Below are positions 26,865 through 36,561 of a DNA stretch of 64,000 bases, piece after piece (the first letter of the stretch is position 1; every line of letters begins with the position of its first letter). The notes under the pieces were generated by a model. It was not told the DNA's origin and did not search any database. It saw nothing but the letters and a program-made list of their open reading frames with translations. Origin of the DNA: an uncultured virus (IMG/VR IMGVR_UViG_3300045115_000228) (lineage: Duplodnaviria; Heunggongvirae; Uroviricota; Caudoviricetes); the IMG/VR virus record IMGVR_UViG_3300045115_000228. The stretch is one strand, 5' to 3'. A program made the translations under genes and the position numbers.

Positions 26865-28796
26865 TCATGCGGCCTGTGGCACCGTCGGCCCCTTGTCGGC
26901 TGCCGGGGAGGCGGGCGCGGGGGCGCCGGCAGGCGCGTCCACGGTGGCCACGGCTCCCGCAGCCTGTGGCGCCGTCTCCGAGGAGGTCGCCGGAGGAGCC
27001 TTCCTGCGCTCCTTCTTGCGGAAGGCGGCCACGGGCAGCGTCAACGTCACCTGGCCTTCCTCCATCGATACCGCCATGCTCTTGGACAGCTCGATCGGCT
27101 CCCTGCCGACCCTGAACGAGAACAGGCTCGGGTACTTGGAGAACATGTAGCCGGAGGCCTCGTCGATGACGCTCTGCTCGTTGTCGAAGTCGTCGGGGTC
27201 GAAGGACAGCACCACCTGGCGCATCTTCGCGGTCCCGACCTCGACGTCGTCGACCGACGCCTCGACGAACGACTCGGGCAGGTCGAGCTTGCCGCCTTCC
27301 TTCTCCTCCGGGAGGAGGACCTCCGGTTCGGCCACTGGCTCCGGCCTCTCGTCGATGGACGCCAGCTCCGACTCGCTCGGCTCCCTGACGTCGCGCGTCA
27401 TACGGTCGACGAGGACGCGATCCTCAATGTCGCGCCTGTTGACCCGGCGCTTCGGCCTCGACATCCTGTCGATGTCCGGGGTCATCCTGACGAAAGGGTC
27501 CGTCTCGTCCCACCCCGGGGTCTCGCGCTCGATGAAGCCGATGTTGAACGGCTCTTCGAACTGCGCCGTCCTGTGGGACGACGCCGTGCGTGTCATCTGC
27601 CCTGCGGCGGGCTCGCTGAACCTGCGCTGCCACCAGCCCCTCTTTCCGAAGTGCTTCTCAAGCGCCGCCTTGAGGCCCGCGTTGTTGCCGGCCTTCGCCT
27701 CCCTGATCCCCTCGTATATCGTGGGGAACCTCGACCTGGGGTCGTCGTACCTCCACAGTTCGTGCGGCCCGATGTCGTACTGCTTGAGCATGTTCATCGC
27801 CTCGGCGTTCAGGCCGTGCCCGTACTCGTTCGGGCCAGGGACCCTTGCGGCCGTCCTGATGCCGTCCTTGCCCTTGACGTCCGGCAGCAGCATCTTCTTG
27901 TCGGTCTCGGACGCCGGCTCGTACTTCTCGCCCTCGGCGACCTTCTTGGCCTTGAGGCGCTGCTCCTCCAACTTGTGGATGTCCCCCTTGGATGCGTCGG
28001 GGTTGCGGTGCTTGACGAGTCCGCCCTTGCTGTCGTCGAGGCGGGCCTCGACGAGCCTGTCGGCCTCCCCGGTGCGCGCCTTCTCAAGGAGCGCTTGGGT
28101 CGTCGCATGCTTGGCGTCCTTGCGCCCCTCTCCTTCGAGCTGGGCGTCGGTCAGTTCCTTCGGCTCCTTCTTGCCGCGCTCGCCGAGCTGCCCCTCCGTG
28201 ACCTGGTTCGCGGGATCCTTCTTGGCGGTCTTCAGGTACGCCTTGAGGTTGAACGATCCCTCGGCCGTGAGGTCGCCCGGGAAGTTGTTGTGCCCGCGGT
28301 ACGACCCCCTTTCGGAAGCAAGGCACTCGGGGCAGGGGTACTCGTGGCCGGGTGGCAGGCCGCAGTCGGCCTCCTCGCACGGCGTGACGGCTCCGCAGCG
28401 GCACCTCCCGTCGTGGCCCACCGGGACGCTGACGTCGCTCGGCTCCTCCTGGCCCATCATGGCCTGCGCCGTCCTGACGCCGTCGAGCCGCTTCTCCACG
28501 GGGGCGGTCGACCCTCCGTACTGGTTGCCGGCGAGCTGCTTCTCCGTCGTGGACGCCGGGGCCTTGCCCTTGGACGCGATCTGGGCCTCCGTCAGTTCCG
28601 CCGGGGCCTTGCCGGTGCGCGCCGCGTCGAGCTGCTTCTCGGAGACGGCGGTCGGCTCCTTGCCGCGCGACCCTTCGAGCTGGGCCTCCGGCAGCCTGTC
28701 CGGGCCGTCGCCCTTGTTGGCGAGCTGGCCCTCCGTCGTCACGTCGAGGCCGCGCGCCGCCCTCTTCGCCAGGAATTCCCTGAGGTTGAAGCTCAT
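26865..28796 (-). CDS. Repeat-containing virion/scaffold-like protein (643 aa)
   Basis: About 10 copies of xExQL at 16-17 aa spacing, two FNL motifs, two RTAQ motifs; SD AAGGAG. Confidence 0.8.
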   Translation of the reverse strand: MSFNLREFLAKRAARGLDVTTEGQLANKGDGPDRLPEAQLEGSRGKEPTAVSEKQLDAARTGKAPAELTEAQIASKGKAPASTTEKQLAGNQYGGSTAPVEKRLDGVRTAQAMMGQEEPSDVSVPVGHDGRCRCGAVTPCEEADCGLPPGHEYPCPECLASERGSYRGHNNFPGDLTAEGSFNLKAYLKTAKKDPANQVTEGQLGERGKKEPKELTDAQLEGEGRKDAKHATTQALLEKARTGEADRLVEARLDDSKGGLVKHRNPDASKGDIHKLEEQRLKAKKVAEGEKYEPASETDKKMLLPDVKGKDGIRTAARVPGPNEYGHGLNAEAMNMLKQYDIGPHELWRYDDPRSRFPTIYEGIREAKAGNNAGLKAALEKHFGKRGWWQRRFSEPAAGQMTRTASSHRTAQFEEPFNIGFIERETPGWDETDPFVRMTPDIDRMSRPKRRVNRRDIEDRVLVDRMTRDVREPSESELASIDERPEPVAEPEVLLPEEKEGGKLDLPESFVEASVDDVEVGTAKMRQVVLSFDPDDFDNEQSVIDEASGYMFSKYPSLFSFRVGREPIELSKSMAVSMEEGQVTLTLPVAAFRKKERRKAPPATSSETAPQAAGAVATVDAPAGAPAPASPAADKGPTVPQAA

Positions 28797-28839
28797 TTGC
28801 GTCTCCTTGCTGTCGGTCCCATGGGTTTGCCCCTCCTGA

Positions 28840-28865
28840 TTCGGCGGCCGCCGCCCGAAACCCTT
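28840..28865 (-). promoter_or_regulatory. Phage promoter AAGG-N18-CGAA
   Basis: AAGG GTTTCGGGCGGCGGCCGC CGAA TCAG. Confidence 0.7.
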
Positions 28866-28868
28866 GTC

Positions 28869-30617
28869 CTACCGCGATCCGGTGTAGACCACGCTCGACT
28901 CCGGGAGCTGGTGGGAGTGCTGTCCGCACGCCAGGAAGGCCGCCCCGGCGAGGCAGTCCACCAGGTCGTCCGTGGGGCACTCCCCTCGCTTGTCGGCCCC
29001 TATGCTCTGCCCTCGGGGGGTCGGCTTGAACTTGAGGTGCAGCATCTCCCTCATGAGCAGGGCGTCGTCGTAGATCCAGAGCTGCCCGTCGGGGTGCGAC
29101 ATCAGGTCCTTGAGGTTCTGGAATATCTTGTTCTTGTAGCCGCGGTTGAACGCCGTCTGGAGGCAGCGGTATCCGGCCCTCTGTATCTTGCCGAGCATGT
29201 GCACGGACTGGAACTGGTCGAAGGTCACGAACGAGGGGCGGAAGCGCCGGCATATCTGCAGGACCTCGTCCTCGATCCTCGTCAGGTCGAGGCCCTTCTT
29301 GGGGTCGGGATCCCAGGTCTTCGAGTAGACGAGCACGATCCTGACCTGCCGCATGCCCGTGCGGTCCCGGTAGGGGATCCTCTTGACGCCGACGATGGCG
29401 TACCTCGCTCCGCTGAGCGCGGGGTCTATGTGGAAGAAGTATTGGCTCCTCCCGTCGGCCCTCTGCTCCTCGTGGATGTCCGTGCGGACGGAGTTGTGGA
29501 CGAGGTGCTCGGGGAAGTACAGGCCGTACATGCCGCCCTCTGGCCACTCCGCCCCGTACTCGACCTCGAACCTGCCGGGGTCGAACTGGCGCGCCGCCAC
29601 CAGCTCCGGGTCGGTGTCGTACTTGCGGGTCGGGTTGAACTCCCACGTCGGCATCCTGAACGAGATCGTGCCGGCCTTGCCCTCCATGCTCTCGCTCCAC
29701 AGCTTGTAGAACACCCCCGTCTTCGGGCCCGGGGACGAGATGAGCACGGACAGGCCGGCGCCCTTGGACGTCAGGTCGCCCATCGACGCCTTGAGCGTGG
29801 TGTAGAAGTACGTCCCGCTGACCTTGTCGCTCTCGTCGTAGAAGGCGATCTCGTCGAAGAGCAGGCAGATGGTCATGTAGCCGCGGAGGGAGTCTGGGTT
29901 CGAGTGCCCGCACACGATCATGACCGAGCCCTCGACCGGCACGTTGATGGTCGGGTCGTCCTTCTTGCGGAGGTCGATGTCGGTGTAGATCCTGATGGTG
30001 TCGGCGCCCGTCGAAGCGATGCGCCCCCTGAAGAAGGGGGCGTTCCTGATGCGGGCCTTGATGTCGGCGAACAGGCGCCCGGCCTGCGGGCGCGACGTCG
30101 CCACGTTGAGCACGGCTATCTCCTTGTCGTAGGGCACGCCGTAGAAGGCATAGGGGTCGCCGTCGCCGACCTTGAGCAGCTTGTAGATCTCGTAGGCGGA
30201 TATGACGGACGAGAGCATCGTCTTCGAGGCGCGGCGGCCGAGGACGAGGATGATCTCGTGGACGCGCTCAAGCCTCTCCCCGGAGTCGCGGGCCGCGAGC
30301 CAGTCGATGACGTTCTGCTGCTTGCGGTCGTAGAGCCACCTCAACTCCTCCTCCGTCAGCCGCAGGTTCTCGTTGCCGGACGTGCCCATATAGAGGCACT
30401 TGAGCACGACCCTCTGGGACGTCCACAGGTCGAACTTGCTCTCGGGGCCGGGAAGGTAGAGGTACTTCGGGCTGTCGCAGAACGTGATGATGTCGACGAC
30501 CGGCCTGTCCTCCTTGTCGATGAGGTCGTGCTCGCGCTTGATCCTGCTGACGGCGTGGGAGAGGGCGTCGGCCCCCTTCTGGTTCCTCGCGATGGTCGAC
30601 TTGGCGACTGGGCTCAC
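28869..30617 (-). CDS. terL: Terminase large subunit
   Basis: Walker A-like LGRRASKT, Walker B CLLFDEIAFY, ISSP coupling motif, nuclease acidic residues FHIDPA, TFDQFQS, DDLVDCLAG; GTG start with SD GGAGG. Confidence 0.92.
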   Translation of the reverse strand: MSPVAKSTIARNQKGADALSHAVSRIKREHDLIDKEDRPVVDIITFCDSPKYLYLPGPESKFDLWTSQRVVLKCLYMGTSGNENLRLTEEELRWLYDRKQQNVIDWLAARDSGERLERVHEIILVLGRRASKTMLSSVISAYEIYKLLKVGDGDPYAFYGVPYDKEIAVLNVATSRPQAGRLFADIKARIRNAPFFRGRIASTGADTIRIYTDIDLRKKDDPTINVPVEGSVMIVCGHSNPDSLRGYMTICLLFDEIAFYDESDKVSGTYFYTTLKASMGDLTSKGAGLSVLISSPGPKTGVFYKLWSESMEGKAGTISFRMPTWEFNPTRKYDTDPELVAARQFDPGRFEVEYGAEWPEGGMYGLYFPEHLVHNSVRTDIHEEQRADGRSQYFFHIDPALSGARYAIVGVKRIPYRDRTGMRQVRIVLVYSKTWDPDPKKGLDLTRIEDEVLQICRRFRPSFVTFDQFQSVHMLGKIQRAGYRCLQTAFNRGYKNKIFQNLKDLMSHPDGQLWIYDDALLMREMLHLKFKPTPRGQSIGADKRGECPTDDLVDCLAGAAFLACGQHSHQLPESSVVYTGSR

Positions 30618-31462
30618 AGTTCCTCCAGCACGTAGATGTCGTCGCCGCGCATGGCCAAGTCGATGACGCGGCCCGACGAGGCGTAGGGCGTCGAGACGTC
30701 GAGCGACGAGGCCCCGAACGTCCTGACGAGGTTCCCGTCGGACAGCGCGACCCTGCCGCGGTCGGAACGGATGGACGAGGGGGACGACAGCCGGGCCGCC
30801 GGTCCGACGCCGTCCGCGGCGCCCCTGGATCCGGGCGCCCCGACGCCAGCCGCCTCCGACTGGCCGCGGAACGCCCTGACCATCGCGTTGCCGGCGTCCG
30901 ACACGAAGATCAGTCCCGTGCCCTCGTCGAAGCAGACCCCGCATGGGGAGTCGAGCATCGCCGCCTTCGGGCTGCTGGACGACAGGAAGCCCCTCTTCCC
31001 GGAGCCGATCACCCAGGCCAGGGCGCCTTCCGAGATCGCGGCGACGCAGTTCGACCCGGCGAGGGCCACGACGACGGACGACCTGGACGTGCGGCACATG
31101 CCGTACGGCGGAGGGGACGCGGAGCCGAGCAGCCTGGAGGCCGAGGCGAACGTGCCGGCCCCGCACATCCGGCTCCCCGCCCCGTAGGACTGGTCGAACG
31201 ACCAGAGCATCTCGCGGGACAACTGCAGGACGACGATGCCCCACCTGTCGCAGCACGCCCCGACCGGGGACGACACCTCAAGCCTGCGCGCGGCGATCCT
31301 GACAGCCCCGTCGTCCCCGGCGAACCCGAACGTGCCGTCGGGGCAGAAGAAGCCCACGGCCCTCTCCTTCGGCGAGCAGAAGACGCCGCACGCCTCGTCT
31401 GGCAGCCGCGCCGCCATCCTGGAGACGGGCTTCCCGGTGGGAATCCTCGCGATAGACTTCAT
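30614..31462 (-). CDS. NHL-repeat/beta-propeller-like protein
   Basis: LDSPCGVCFDEGTGLIFVSDAGNAMVR, G..GAADG.G.AARLSSPSSI. Confidence 0.65.
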   Translation of the reverse strand: MKSIARIPTGKPVSRMAARLPDEACGVFCSPKERAVGFFCPDGTFGFAGDDGAVRIAARRLEVSSPVGACCDRWGIVVLQLSREMLWSFDQSYGAGSRMCGAGTFASASRLLGSASPPPYGMCRTSRSSVVVALAGSNCVAAISEGALAWVIGSGKRGFLSSSSPKAAMLDSPCGVCFDEGTGLIFVSDAGNAMVRAFRGQSEAAGVGAPGSRGAADGVGPAARLSSPSSIRSDRGRVALSDGNLVRTFGASSLDVSTPYASSGRVIDLAMRGDDIYVLEEL

Positions 31463-31469
31463 CCTGACG

Positions 31470-32672
31470 TCATGCCCCGATGTTGACCCTGCGGACGCTG
31501 TCGGAGGACAGCCATACCGGGCCTAGCCCCCTGCGGAAGTCGACCCTCAACAGCGTCATCGACGGCTTCTCGTTGACGGCGACGACGGACCCCGTCCTCC
31601 CGGCGTACGTCGGCAGGGACCGGTCGACGCACTCCACCTCGTCGTCGACGGAAAGGCCCGCGTCCGGAGGCGACGTCACGGTGGCGGCCTCCCTCCTCAA
31701 CGCCCACGTCCTCCTGCCCATCACGACCCGTCGGTCGATGAGGATGGACGCCGTGGCGTTGTCGTCCATCCCGAACGCCGCCATCCTGTCGCGCCTACGG
31801 CGGTCGGCGCCCGCGACCGCGACCGCCCTCTGCCCCATCGACCTGAAGTGGCCGACGGCGTCCACGATCGGCTCCCAGTACCTCACGAGGAACGACTCGG
31901 GGTGCATCCCTCCGCATTCCGCGAGGCTCCTTCCGCAGGGGTACACGCCCGACAGGAGGAGGTGCCTGTCGAAGGAGAGCCTGACGACGTCGCCCTTGGG
32001 GGTGGAAAGGAACGAGTCGTAGCCACGGCTCGTGGCCGACGCCCCGCGCACGAACACGTCCTCGTGCAGCGGCCTGACGGCGGCCATGGCCGCCTCGGAG
32101 AAGGCCCTCACGGCCGCCTTCGCGAGTCGGCGACCAGGGACGCCCATCGCCTGCCGGCTTGGCAGGGACTTGCCGACGGACGCGGCGGCGGCGTCCAGGC
32201 GCCTCCTCAGCTCGTCGAAGGCCTTCTTCCCGTCCTCGCTGGCGATCTCCGACAGCCTGGCGATCTCGCCCCCGACGCCCTCCATCTCCTTGGATATGGC
32301 CTCCAGTTCGTCGGAGTCCGGGCTGCTCGCGCCGAGCGCCGCCCTCGCCCTCTCCTCGACGATGTCGACCTGCTCCGAGTAGTGGGCCACGACCTCTCCC
32401 TCGGCGATCCCCCGGAGGTCGTCGCGGCTGCTGTCGGTCGTGACGTTCTGCATGCCGGAGACCTTGCGCGCGAGGACTGACGACGGGCGGTCGTCGGCCA
32501 CGCGCGACGCGAAGGCGTGGGCCTCGCCGAACGACGAGAACGTGGGCGGCACGTCGCCGAGCAGGGCGGCGTCCCTCGCGGAGTGGATGGCGAGGTGCAC
32601 GTCGTCGGACGGGTCGTCCCCGACCGCGAAGACGTACCTCCCTGAAGACGTCCTGGAAACGCGGATGAACAT
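31470..32672 (-). CDS. Hypothetical protein (start MFIRVSRT), possible C-terminal SH3-like barrel
   Basis: Open frame with good codon bias downstream of promoter motif. Confidence 0.7.
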   Translation of the reverse strand: MFIRVSRTSSGRYVFAVGDDPSDDVHLAIHSARDAALLGDVPPTFSSFGEAHAFASRVADDRPSSVLARKVSGMQNVTTDSSRDDLRGIAEGEVVAHYSEQVDIVEERARAALGASSPDSDELEAISKEMEGVGGEIARLSEIASEDGKKAFDELRRRLDAAAASVGKSLPSRQAMGVPGRRLAKAAVRAFSEAAMAAVRPLHEDVFVRGASATSRGYDSFLSTPKGDVVRLSFDRHLLLSGVYPCGRSLAECGGMHPESFLVRYWEPIVDAVGHFRSMGQRAVAVAGADRRRRDRMAAFGMDDNATASILIDRRVVMGRRTWALRREAATVTSPPDAGLSVDDEVECVDRSLPTYAGRTGSVVAVNEKPSMTLLRVDFRRGLGPVWLSSDSVRRVNIGA

Positions 32673-32691
32673 TATGCCTCTGTGGGCATAA

Positions 32692-32717
32692 TTCGGCGTC
32701 GGGGGCGGCGATCCCTT
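32692..32717 (-). promoter_or_regulatory. Phage promoter AAGG-N18-CGAA
   Basis: AAGG GATCGCCGCCCCCGACGC CGAA TTAT. Confidence 0.7.
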
Positions 32718-32719
32718 GC

Positions 32720-34084
32720 CTACCCGACGGCCTGGCGGTCGTCGTGCCAGCGCATCTTGGGGGGAGGCGTCGCCAGGAGGTCGCCCTTGAGGAACGCCGG
32801 GAACCTCGACAGCCAGTCGAGGCATGCCGCCATGGCCCTGTCCGCGTCGGCGTCCGTCTCGACGATCCTGATGAGGGACGCCCCCTGCGACGCGAACCTC
32901 GGGGCCCCATCCGGGAGCGTGCCCGGGACCACGTTGGCGAGTCTTTCGAGACACTCGTTGACGTCGTCCATGAGGCGGAACCTCCACGGCTCCCTCCACA
33001 TCAGCGGCGGGGCGTCGATCAGGCGCATGTCGAGCAGCCTCTGCCTCTTGGGCAGGCTCCTGGACACGGGCACGCTGTGGCACGCCACGACGAGCTGGCT
33101 GTTGGGGAAGCACCTCGACAGGCTGTCGATGACGGACAGGTGCCTGCCGACCTCGATGTGCATGAGGACGTTGTCGACGACGATGATGGACGGCTCTATC
33201 CTGGCGTTCAGGATGGTCGAGAAGCACTTGGCGATCTTCTTCTCGCCCGACGAGCACATCTTGTGCCTGATGGTCTCCTTCGGCTTCTGGACGGTGAACC
33301 CGAGCACGTACTCGTCCATGACCCTGCGCATCCGCGTGTCGGCGGTGTCGTGGAACATGTCGACGTCCTCCTCGACGGGGAAGCCCGTGACGGACGAGAA
33401 CAGCTCCTGGAACAGGGGCCAGCGGTCGCGCCTCATCTGGAAGATGGTCAGCTCGTTGTCGAACCTCGCGGCGAAGCAGTACCTCTGGAGCCTCTGCTCG
33501 ATGAACTCGGGGTGCCGCGAGCGGATCTTGTGCCTCGTGAACTCGACGACGTACCGGGCGTTGACCGGCCCCTCAAGGCCGGTCGCGGTGTCCGGCGAAC
33601 CGGATGGACCATCGGGATAGTACGGGTGCTCCTGCGTCGGGTACGTCGCCTCGAAGTGCCCCCTGACGCTGAAGCTGGCGTTCCTGATGCGGTCGTCGCC
33701 CTGCAGGTGCATCCAGTTGCGCACGCGGCGCAGCATCATGTCGCTGAACCTCTGCGGCTCGTACCCGGAGAAGTTCGAGCAGAGCATCGTGATGGCGTCG
33801 AGGATGGTCGTCTTGCCGGTCCCGTTCGGGCCGACCAGGATCGAGAGGGGCATCACCGTGCCGGCGTCCGAGAGGTCGATCACGGCGTCCTCGTACTTGC
33901 CGAAGTTGACGAGCTCCAGCCTCGACAGCCTGATCCTCGGCCACTTGGCGACGTCGAGCTCGTCGCCTATGGGCACGCCGTGGAGCTCGTCGTCGGCCTG
34001 CTCGTTGACGACGCACCCAACGCCGTACTCGTCCTCGTTCCTCACCTCTTCCGGCACGGTCGGTTCGGTCGTGGCCTTGCTCAT
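32720..34084 (-). CDS. ABC/SMC-like (AAA_21/OLD-type) ATPase
   Basis: LELVNFGKY, Walker A GPNGTGKTT, signature CSSGEKK, Walker B IIVVDNV, H-loop VACHS. Confidence 0.8.
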   Translation of the reverse strand: MSKATTEPTVPEEVRNEDEYGVGCVVNEQADDELHGVPIGDELDVAKWPRIRLSRLELVNFGKYEDAVIDLSDAGTVMPLSILVGPNGTGKTTILDAITMLCSNFSGYEPQRFSDMMLRRVRNWMHLQGDDRIRNASFSVRGHFEATYPTQEHPYYPDGPSGSPDTATGLEGPVNARYVVEFTRHKIRSRHPEFIEQRLQRYCFAARFDNELTIFQMRRDRWPLFQELFSSVTGFPVEEDVDMFHDTADTRMRRVMDEYVLGFTVQKPKETIRHKMCSSGEKKIAKCFSTILNARIEPSIIVVDNVLMHIEVGRHLSVIDSLSRCFPNSQLVVACHSVPVSRSLPKRQRLLDMRLIDAPPLMWREPWRFRLMDDVNECLERLANVVPGTLPDGAPRFASQGASLIRIVETDADADRAMAACLDWLSRFPAFLKGDLLATPPPKMRWHDDRQAVG

Positions 34085-34569
34085 CAGTCCTCCGAGCTCT
34101 CTTCGTTGTCCGGCGGGCGGGACGGCGGACCGCTGGCGTCGAAGCCGTCGAGTATCGTGCCGCCGGATTGCGGGTCGCCCTTCGCGGGGCCCTGGCCGAA
34201 CATCTCGGTCATGATCTCCTGGACGAGGGACAGGTGCATCTGGAACGTCATCATGGACATCTTGTGGTCGATGACCATGCCGAAGTCGGTGTGGTTGTAG
34301 GCGCAGACCATCTTCTTCTGGAGGGCGGGGTCGAGGCCGCACAGGATCTCCGAGAACTTGCCGATGTTCTCCCTCACCAGCATCTCGCCGAGGAAGTTCA
34401 CGAGGAAGCGCCTGCTGATCGCGGGGCTGGAGCAGATGTCCTTGTCCAGGCCGCACTCCTTCACGCCGACGTGGAACGCGACGTCCCCGTTCGCCTGCAC
34501 GGCGTCGATCGTGATCCTCTGGGGCTTCGACGCGAGGATCGCGACGGCTATCTCCCTTGCGCTCTTCAT
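34084..34569 (-). CDS. Hypothetical protein (probably leaderless)
   Basis: TATAAT + 7 nt + ATG; coupled to ATPase gene. Confidence 0.7.
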   Translation of the reverse strand: MKSAREIAVAILASKPQRITIDAVQANGDVAFHVGVKECGLDKDICSSPAISRRFLVNFLGEMLVRENIGKFSEILCGLDPALQKKMVCAYNHTDFGMVIDHKMSMMTFQMHLSLVQEIMTEMFGQGPAKGDPQSGGTILDGFDASGPPSRPPDNEESSED

Positions 34570-34588
34570 GCGAGCCATTATACAGCGG

Positions 34589-34614
34589 AAGGGTAGCCGA
34601 CGCCGGCGGGCGAA
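34589..34614 (+). promoter_or_regulatory. Phage promoter AAGG-N18-CGAA, divergent from a TATAAT promoter
   Basis: AAGG GTAGCCGACGCCGGCGGG CGAA TGAT. Confidence 0.7.
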
Positions 34615-34624
34615 TGATATGCCC

Positions 34625-36508
34625 ATGGAACGAGAGAAGAACGTCGTGACCGCCGCCCGCCGCCCCCTCGTGCCGGCCTCCGGGAGGTACGGAGGCGACT
34701 TCGACGCGGCCGATGGCCTGCACAGGCTGCTGTCCGACCCAAGGAGGACGCGCCAGGACGTCCTCGGGGCGCTGGAGGCCGCGTCGATGACCGCTGGGAT
34801 CGGGGATCGGGCGTCCCCGCTCGTCTACAGGGCCATGGCCGAACTTGGAGCGCCGTCCGCCGACGAGATGGCGACGCTCGCGTCCGTCATGAGGTCTGTC
34901 CCCCCGCCTCCCCCCGAGGCGGCCAGACAGGCAATCTTCTCCGACCACTCGGGGAGAACGGCGGCCATCGCGATGATGTCCGGGGCCGTGACGGACGACT
35001 ACACGGCCGGACTCGTCGCCAGGACGTTCAGGCTGGTCCCAAGGCCGGTCGGGATGGACGCCCAGGCCAGGAAGGCGTTCGTCGATAGGATCGTCGAGGC
35101 GTCGCGCGCCGGAGTGGATTGGGTCGACGGCCACCTGGCAAGGCAGGTCGCCGCCATCGTCATGAGCGAGGGGTGGTCTTCTAGCCTCGCCGTCGACGTC
35201 GTCAGCCACGTGCGCATCCTTCCGCCGTTCCTCGCTGGAGTCGTCGCCGACAAGGCCCCGCTAGACCTGGCGCGGATCGCCTTCAACAACGAGCTCGAAC
35301 ACTCCAAGAGCGCCGAAAGGCTCGTCGGCGTCCTAGGGGAGGCGTCGCTGGACACCGTCATCCAGGCCGGCGTCTCGCGATTCATGGGCAGCTCCGAGAT
35401 CCCCTCGTCGGAGAAGATCGCCCTGTACGAGGCCATACTCGCCGGCAGGCTGGGGGACGAGGAGAAGAGCGCCGCCGCCAGGGTGATCGCCTCGCGCCAC
35501 CTCGCGCAGTCGTCCGACGAGGAGGAGTTCGCCGCCGTCCTGTCCCGCCTCGTCGATGGCACTGACACTACGTCCGTCGAGGAGCTCACGCGCAACCTCG
35601 CCATGGCGATCAACGAGCACGACGTCATCGCCGACGCCCTCAGGAGGCACGGCCTCACGGGCAGGGCCAACGACGACTTCTTCGGGTTCGTCCGAGCCAT
35701 GGAGGACGAGATCGGGGAGGACGTCCAGTCCGTTGACCTGGCAGGCAACGACGGAGAATTCCTGTTGTCTTGCGTCGCCCCCGATGGTAGACTGCTGCTC
35801 ATGAAGACCGGCGGGGCCTTCGAGAAGCGCCTGGCGATCGTGACGGCCGCCGTCCTGATCGCGGTGGGCCTGCCCGTGTCCATCGCCCTGTTCAGCACGG
35901 GGACGACCGCCGAAGACATCGCCCGCAACCCGGACGCCGTCAGGCGCGGCAGGCAGATAGCGGCGAGCCCGCACCCCGATGCCAAGAGGATCGTCAGCAA
36001 TGCCGTCGATAAGGCCTACGGGATCGCCCGCGAGAAGCAGCGCAATCCGCCCCCCCGCCCCAAGGCAACCCCGGCGCAGTCCAGGGAGGCCTGCGAGATA
36101 ACGAGGCAGATCGTCGATGCCGTCGTCGCCATGGAGCGCGTGAGGGGCAAGCCGTTCAGCAGCAAGGGCGCCGGCGGCGACATGCAACTGATGCCGGAGA
36201 CATGGGAGTCCATCAACCGGAAGCACTTCCAGGGAAGGTACCCATTCGCCAAGTACGTCAGGCATCCATGGATCAACCGGCGCTTCGGCACCATCTACCT
36301 GCGCGAGATAAAGGACTACCTCGACGGCCACAGGGGGGAGTGGAAGACGGACCAGTTGCCGCTCGTGTTCGCCTGCTACTTCGGCGGCATTGGCAACGTG
36401 AGGCGCGCCAACTTCGACCCCAGCAAGCTCAAGGTCCACTACCCACTCACGTACGACTACATGGTGAGGGGCTCCAACCTGGTCGGCTACGACACGGGCT
36501 CCATGTGA
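34625..36508 (+). CDS. Protein with hydrophobic segment and C-terminal lytic transglycosylase (SLT-like) domain
   Basis: VAMER (catalytic E) ... SSKGAGGDMQLMPETW ... GTIYL ... ACYFGGIGNV; hydrophobic LAIVTAAVLIAVGLPVSIALF. Confidence 0.8.
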   Translation: MEREKNVVTAARRPLVPASGRYGGDFDAADGLHRLLSDPRRTRQDVLGALEAASMTAGIGDRASPLVYRAMAELGAPSADEMATLASVMRSVPPPPPEAARQAIFSDHSGRTAAIAMMSGAVTDDYTAGLVARTFRLVPRPVGMDAQARKAFVDRIVEASRAGVDWVDGHLARQVAAIVMSEGWSSSLAVDVVSHVRILPPFLAGVVADKAPLDLARIAFNNELEHSKSAERLVGVLGEASLDTVIQAGVSRFMGSSEIPSSEKIALYEAILAGRLGDEEKSAAARVIASRHLAQSSDEEEFAAVLSRLVDGTDTTSVEELTRNLAMAINEHDVIADALRRHGLTGRANDDFFGFVRAMEDEIGEDVQSVDLAGNDGEFLLSCVAPDGRLLLMKTGGAFEKRLAIVTAAVLIAVGLPVSIALFSTGTTAEDIARNPDAVRRGRQIAASPHPDAKRIVSNAVDKAYGIAREKQRNPPPRPKATPAQSREACEITRQIVDAVVAMERVRGKPFSSKGAGGDMQLMPETWESINRKHFQGRYPFAKYVRHPWINRRFGTIYLREIKDYLDGHRGEWKTDQLPLVFACYFGGIGNVRRANFDPSKLKVHYPLTYDYMVRGSNLVGYDTGSM

Positions 36509-36513
36509 GAATT

Positions 36514-36540
36514 GGAAGGGGCGCCAATGGCGCCCCTTCC
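36514..36540. terminator. Inverted repeat between convergent genes, putative bidirectional terminator
   Basis: GGAAGGGGCGCC-aat-GGCGCCCCTTCC, perfect 12-bp stem. Confidence 0.65.
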
Positions 36541-36561
36541 GGAACCGTCCCCTGGCCGTCC

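Noticed and set aside
17..30635. Very long plus-strand ORFs (for example 2371-5853, 5717-10216, 13734-17957, 26850-30635)
   Set aside because: Antisense shadows of GC3-rich minus-strand genes with no recognisable motifs
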